This document shows, in pieces, positions 58,665-64,000 of a stretch of 64,000 nt of DNA (its first letter is position 1; each line of letters opens with the position of its first letter). The notes beneath the pieces are model-generated. The model was given only the letters and a program-made list of their open reading frames with translations, did not search any database and was not told the DNA's origin. Position numbers and translations under genes: made by a program. Origin of the DNA: Zygnema circumcarinatum SAG 698-1b (lineage: Eukaryota > Plantae > Zygnematophyceae); the NCBI GenBank assembly GCA_037447605.1, contig CM074805.1, forward strand, positions 3,381,361 to 3,445,360, given 5' to 3'.

Positions 58665-61600
58665 ATGAGAACACTATGTGATGTGTGTGAAGCAGGACCG
58701 GCAAGGTTGTTCTGCGCTGCGGATGAAGCGGCTCTCTGTGAAACGTGCGATGAGAAAGTAAGTTCAAAATATCTTGGAAAGGCATGGTAAGGCTGTGGAA
58801 TATGCGCAGCCATGTCTTGTCTTAGGGAGGAGGAGAGCGGAGGGAGTGTAGCTATTGTAATTTGATTCAGCCAGATGTTGTACGTCTCGTAATTTCGTTC
58901 GCAATTGTGAAATTTAGTTATGCATTTAGTTTTGACCGGTCTCTCTTGCTGGAATGGTGAACCGTGTAGAAGGTCGTACCAAACTCGTAGGTATTCCAGA
59001 CTTTAGTCTATTCCAATCCACTGACGCCAATAAGCCAGCCCTATTAGGCTGGCGGTTTTTTATCTTCTTTCATTCTCTCTGGCTTGCATCATTCCCGCAA
59101 TTTACCGTAGGCTCAGCACTTGCATACAAAGATACGAGAAGGGTGTGACTGCAGAGTGTACTTTCGCATTCAGTCAACGTATTTTCTTGAGTGGCATATC
59201 GCTAGCCCAGCCAGGCATCTATTCGCTTACGATGGTAGCTCCATTATCAAGGCAGAGTGCAAAAAGGTTTATCACGAGCTGCAAAAAGTAGGAGCAGGTA
59301 GTTTTCGGTAGTTTTGTTTTCAAATATTTTTCTGAGTGAAAGTTTTCATTTTGAGTCGCCTTTCATCAAGGATGATAGAAGTGAGTCCCTATTCAGCTGC
59401 GAACATTCAAGTTGGAACATGGTAAAGAATTTACTTTCAGTGTTGCTTCTATGTGTGGTATTTCCGATATCCTCGGCTTTAGTACACGCTTGTGTGATTA
59501 CCATTTGTGGGGACTTTTCCCAGCAGGGGCAGGGCACTTATAATTTGTTCTTTTTTTGCGTTGTCATGTTTAGTAAAGTCAACTGGCAGGTAACCCCTTT
59601 GAATTGATTCCATTAGTTTCAGAATGAGAACTGCGTCGTAATGTGTTACGGTCGGAATGATGCATTGCTGCACAGTGACTATTGTATCTCGGGTAATCAG
59701 CAGTATTTAGTGATATGAAGGTTCATCGGGCTTTTGGCTCTATGTTTGCCTTTGTAGCATTGTCGGGGATGTTCCCCCTGTGGAGTGCAGGTACATGGTT
59801 GTAACAAGCTAGCCAGCCGGCATGTGAGGCTCGAGCTTGCAGAGGCACGAGCAGTTCCAAGATGCGACATATGTGAGAATGCACCAGGTGAAACTCCTGG
59901 ACTATCTATGAAGGCTGGGGAGGGGGGGAGATGGGGTTGGATATAGGGGATCTGATTTCACAATCTCTTATGTGCCTCATCAGGGTTGTTAGAAATTTCG
60001 ATTAAGGTGACGACAATATTCGCTGAACACCTTTTCTCTCTGAGGCCAATGTTCGTGTCATTGATTGTCTCTGTAAATTTGTTATCTCTGACTCTATGTC
60101 ATTTTTTGACGTCCTTTCTGTGTAGTTGGAGGATTGAAAAAAAGTTTCTGGAACAGAGCTATGTTGAGCCTTAACCAGGTCATGCCAGTTCTGCTACTGA
60201 TGTTCAGTGATCGAGGAACTGTCTCGCATTGCCTGAGCTCGGTATGCTTGTGACATGCTTAGACGAGCAACATTGGTCGCTGATGTGATTATCCTTTTGT
60301 TTCCTGTTTTCATGTCTTGGCTGAGTGCCGCCTGATTGCCGTGGCCAAACTTATTGTCAGTTTAAGCCATGCCAAGGCTTGTATTCAGTTTCTTTGATAT
60401 TCCATGTTCAAGTCACTCGTATTGATTCGGCGTTTTGCCAATCGTTGCATGGTGTCATCCTTTGGCTATGGCAAGAAACTTATAGCGCTTCTGAGGCTCG
60501 CGCCGATGAAGCGAAAAAAATAAATGGTTGAATTTTTTAATCGGAGCCAAACATTGAAACTTGGAGAACTGCTGGATTGACTTTTTTTTTAGATACTGAA
60601 GACCAGTTTTGTTCTTCGTTTGCTGATGAAACCCTACTTTCAAGAGAAATTTTAGTTAAGTTTACTGTATGTGGCTTCATCATGACAAGCTGCATAGGAG
60701 CTGTGTTCGTGGTGTTGTTCATTTTGCAGTGAATAGGAAAGGTTGCGGGTGCTCACCTGATGATGCTTCTGATGGTCGACTGAATGTCGGAAACCTGTGC
60801 ATATGGACGGTAGCTGATATGCTAGGGCAGATGTGATGCAGCGTTTTTTTATTGCGGGATTGATGGAACGTCGCTATGCTTGCAATGCGATATGGACGTG
60901 CACATAGGCGGCAAGAAGGCGCATGAGCGATACCTTCTCATGGGTCAGCGAGTGGAGGTACTGACTCCCTGCACTCACTTCTTCGAGTAGCTTTTTTCTT
61001 ACGTTGTCCTGAAGTCTTTCCAATTTAGGCCAAATAAGAGTGGAAAGCGATGAGCATGACCGTTGTGTTTTGAATCTGCGATCTTTTGAGATGAGCTTAC
61101 CTTCCTGCTTTTAACCGATACCCTTTCAAAGGTCGGCATTAGCTGACTTTGTAATGTCTCACCATTTTCATAAAATTGCCCTTTTTAGTGTTGTGTGCTT
61201 ACCAGTACCTGCCTGCTATGGCCAATGGCAACCAACCGCGATACGCCCTGAATTCCATTGTCTGCTAATCTCTTTCTCCGTTCCAATGCACACTTGCATT
61301 GACTTGCTTCCGCTGCAGTACGTGGAGCCCTTTTTGTGTCTTTCCTGAGGATATGACGTACCTGTTTGCATCATGATTTGCTGCCTTCTATTTGCCGATC
61401 CAGTTCCTTACAACGGACATTCGCATGTCTGCATGTGAGCAGCTTCCCCGAAAGCAGCGCGAGGAGCCCACGGCTCCGCCAGTTGCAAAGAAGGAAGATG
61501 GTAATGAGCAGCACCACCATCATCACCACCACCACCACCATCATCACCACCATCATAAGACGGATCCGGCGGATCCGTTGAACAGCAGTGCTCCTGCTGC

Positions 61601-61980
61601 GGCCATTGCAGTTGGCGATGGCGTGACAACAGACTTCCCACCTCCTATCGACCGGCCATCTCGAATGATCGACCTGAATGCTCAGCCACTCTTTGGGAAT
61701 GTTCTAAACATGAGCAAGGTGAGATGCTTGGAATGTGGAGGTGCACTCTGATGATAACTGTCTTACCAATCTTGAGATTTCGAGCAATTTTTTGGCTTTG
61801 TGCTTTGATTGGCGATGTTTTATCGCTTTGTTCGGAGGCTTGGCTGTGAGGGGTAGAGAGTGGGGGCTGGGCTTGCAGCCTGGAGAAGAGAGGATGGATG
61901 TGGAAGAGGCCAGCGACGACGATAGGGGGACGGCTGTACCGAATCTAACGGAGGAAAACGACATGGTGGTTGCTGCATAG
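58665..61980 (+). CDS. BBX19: Double B-box zinc finger protein, BBX18/BBX19 (DBB1) type; 5 exons (58665-58757, 59791-59887, 60842-60957, ~61443-61718, 61879-61980)
   Basis: [94 protein letters not shown]; MIDLN motif; no CCT domain; His15 tract. Confidence 0.93.
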
Positions 61981-62884
61981 TGAGATAGTTCATGGGGGGG
62001 ATGTCTCCATAGGTGGGTGTAAGATTTGCCTCGATTTTTTTTTGCAAGGCTTCGGTGGAAGACAGAGCAAAATAGTCACAGTTGGGCACGTGCTTTGGGT
62101 CCAAATCGCAGAGCAGCTATGTGTAGGGAAGGTGGATGCTTTCTGTGGGATGGAGCCTTGGAAGGAGAGATAGAACTATATGATTGAGGAGAGCGGCACT
62201 TAGAGAGTGGATAGAGAGCTTTGATGGCGAGAAGGCGGAGGTGGTACTGTACAAATACGTTCGGATCTGTGAGCAATAGAAATCTGAAATCAATCGCTTA
62301 GGCATCCTTCTCCATCGTCATCGCCTTCCGTCGGCATCGCATGACAGCTCTGTGTGCGCAGTTGATGGGCTTGCCATCTTGTTAGAAAAACTGACCAAAT
62401 GGCAGAGGGAAAACCACGCAAAACCCACAGTAAAAGGACCAAACGAGCGTGGTGAAATGGGACGGCCTGACGGCAATCTTTCCCAATACTTGGAACGCAT
62501 CAAACAAACATTCCCGTTATTGTCCATTTGGCTCCCATCTTTTCGGAAAGACCAGACTCTCTGTGGAGGCAAGTAGCTTGGACTCGTGAGGATAGGCAGA
62601 GTGAAGCACGTGCAGGAGCATGATGTTGATGTATTTCGACTTCAAAGAAAGCTGCGAATTTTCTATGGTACAATTTCTGAATTCACATGGTAACTGGACA
62701 ACTGCTCGAAAGAGCACATTTTGAAAGCTGGAATACAGCTTCTATACAGCCTTACCCATTACCCTAATCAGCAAATACAGCAGTATGTTCTTCCACAGTT
62801 CCTTCACATAGCAGTAATTAAACACGCTTCATTTCTATTTACTATACAACAATAGCTTGCCATCAACTGGTGGCTATGCCATTC

Positions 62885-63880
62885 CTATGGCGATGAAGTC
62901 TTCCCCACCAAATATGATTTTACAACGGACGGATATCCGTTCTGCGCATCACAATGAATGCAGTGACCTGCTCCAGGAAAATAGTGCTTGTTGCCTTGGG
63001 GATAAGTTGAAAGAGCTGCATCGATCACTTCAGGCACGCCATCTCCATGCTCAGCAGTGAGGATCAACGTCGGAACTTGAATTCCTTCAACACTCTCATT
63101 ACTCAGGTCATCACCCCCTCGAGGACTATATCCTGGCCGGTTTTTAGAAGGATCTTCACCCTCCCTGCGGAGCCAGCCGGGGTCTTCCAGCACTAAAGCT
63201 GCCACTAATTCTGGATGCTCCTTCGCCACCCGAGGCGCGACAGTTGCGCCCATGGAGTGTGCTACAAGCGAAAACTTTTCACCGGGAGAACTGAGCAGAG
63301 GCAGCAAAGCCACCGCGTCCTTAACCATCTGAGCAGTGCCGAAAGGAGGAGCGCGAGTTGTCCTTCCAAAGCCGCGGGCCGACGGGCAGATGACTTCAAA
63401 CCTGTCTGTGAAACTTTCGAATATTTGAATCCCTTCTGCTCCAGAGGAACCTCCTCCGTGGAAGAACACCAGCTTTGGCAGAGGTTTACCCTCAGCAGTT
63501 TCAGAGGTTGGCACAGATTTGTAGTAATCAACGGTGATTCCATTGACTGAGACAGTGGACTCCACCCATGTGACCCCTGACTTGTCGATTGCCGCTGTCG
63601 CGTTCACTATCGTCATACCAGGCCCCCAAGACTCATAGCCATGGCCTCCAAACGAAAAGAAGAAAGAGCAGAAAAGCAGGAACCCTAACCCCAAAAGAAC
63701 GAAAAGGCCGTAGCGGCCATACTGAGATAGCCATGGCCGCCTTCTTGGTCCTCTGACAGCAAAGACTTCTCCCTCCTCGAAAAAATCCGTATCATCAAAC
63801 GGTGACTCGTCAGTCGGGGATGCGATGTTGAGAGGGACCAAAGCCGGAGAGCCGCGGAAGAAGGAGGAGAAGCCCGCCAT
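62885..63880 (-). CDS. Intronless type II membrane alpha/beta hydrolase (~330 aa), paralogue of 43412-45154
   Basis: TM (YGLFVLLGLGFLLFCSFFFSF); VFFHGGGSS; PSARGFGRT; AHSMGA; LEDPGW; GAGHCIH. Confidence 0.88.
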   Translation of the reverse strand: MAGFSSFFRGSPALVPLNIASPTDESPFDDTDFFEEGEVFAVRGPRRRPWLSQYGRYGLFVLLGLGFLLFCSFFFSFGGHGYESWGPGMTIVNATAAIDKSGVTWVESTVSVNGITVDYYKSVPTSETAEGKPLPKLVFFHGGGSSGAEGIQIFESFTDRFEVICPSARGFGRTTRAPPFGTAQMVKDAVALLPLLSSPGEKFSLVAHSMGATVAPRVAKEHPELVAALVLEDPGWLRREGEDPSKNRPGYSPRGGDDLSNESVEGIQVPTLILTAEHGDGVPEVIDAALSTYPQGNKHYFPGAGHCIHCDAQNGYPSVVKSYLVGKTSSP

Positions 63881-64000
63881 GGCTTCCAAGCTCCCAAAAC
63901 CTATCCAGAATCCGAATTTAGGGTTGCCTTCCCGCGGAGAGAAGCCCGTCAAGGAAAGCGCCTGCTGGGGCACCCGCCAGAGGCGTCGATCCGATACTGA

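Overview
Eukaryotic nuclear DNA from the green lineage. Gene content and intron style suggest a streptophyte alga or early-diverging plant, but this is inference. The draft assembly has many 10-N gaps and some error-rich stretches. About 1-34.5 kb is a nest of transposable elements: Ty3/Gypsy elements (a chromovirus group 'A' and a second family 'B'), Ty1/Copia elements and solo LTRs, a tiny TRIM, and several non-autonomous DNA elements. About 35-64 kb is gene-rich. It holds an ERI1-like exonuclease head-to-head with a LisH/SRP40 (Nopp140-like) gene, two intronless membrane-anchored alpha/beta hydrolases, a large multi-exon locus ending in a zinc finger plus PIN nuclease domain, and a BBX18/19-type double B-box gene. 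Three observations stand out. (1) A TRIM whose 130-bp LTR contains a tRNA-derived sequence with Pol III A/B boxes, plus a chromovirus 3' LTR with the same 15-nt terminus that also runs into a tRNA-like 5' half: a possible tRNA-based analogue of Cassandra. (2) A conserved ~135-aa extra domain between Gag and protease in three chromovirus copies, resembling a degenerate N6-adenine methyltransferase. (3) A Gypsy family whose 3' LTR is preceded by a circle-junction-like GCTACA-GA-TGTAGC instead of a polypurine tract. No rRNA gene, intact tRNA gene or CRISPR array was seen. All family assignments come from motif recognition by eye, not database searches.
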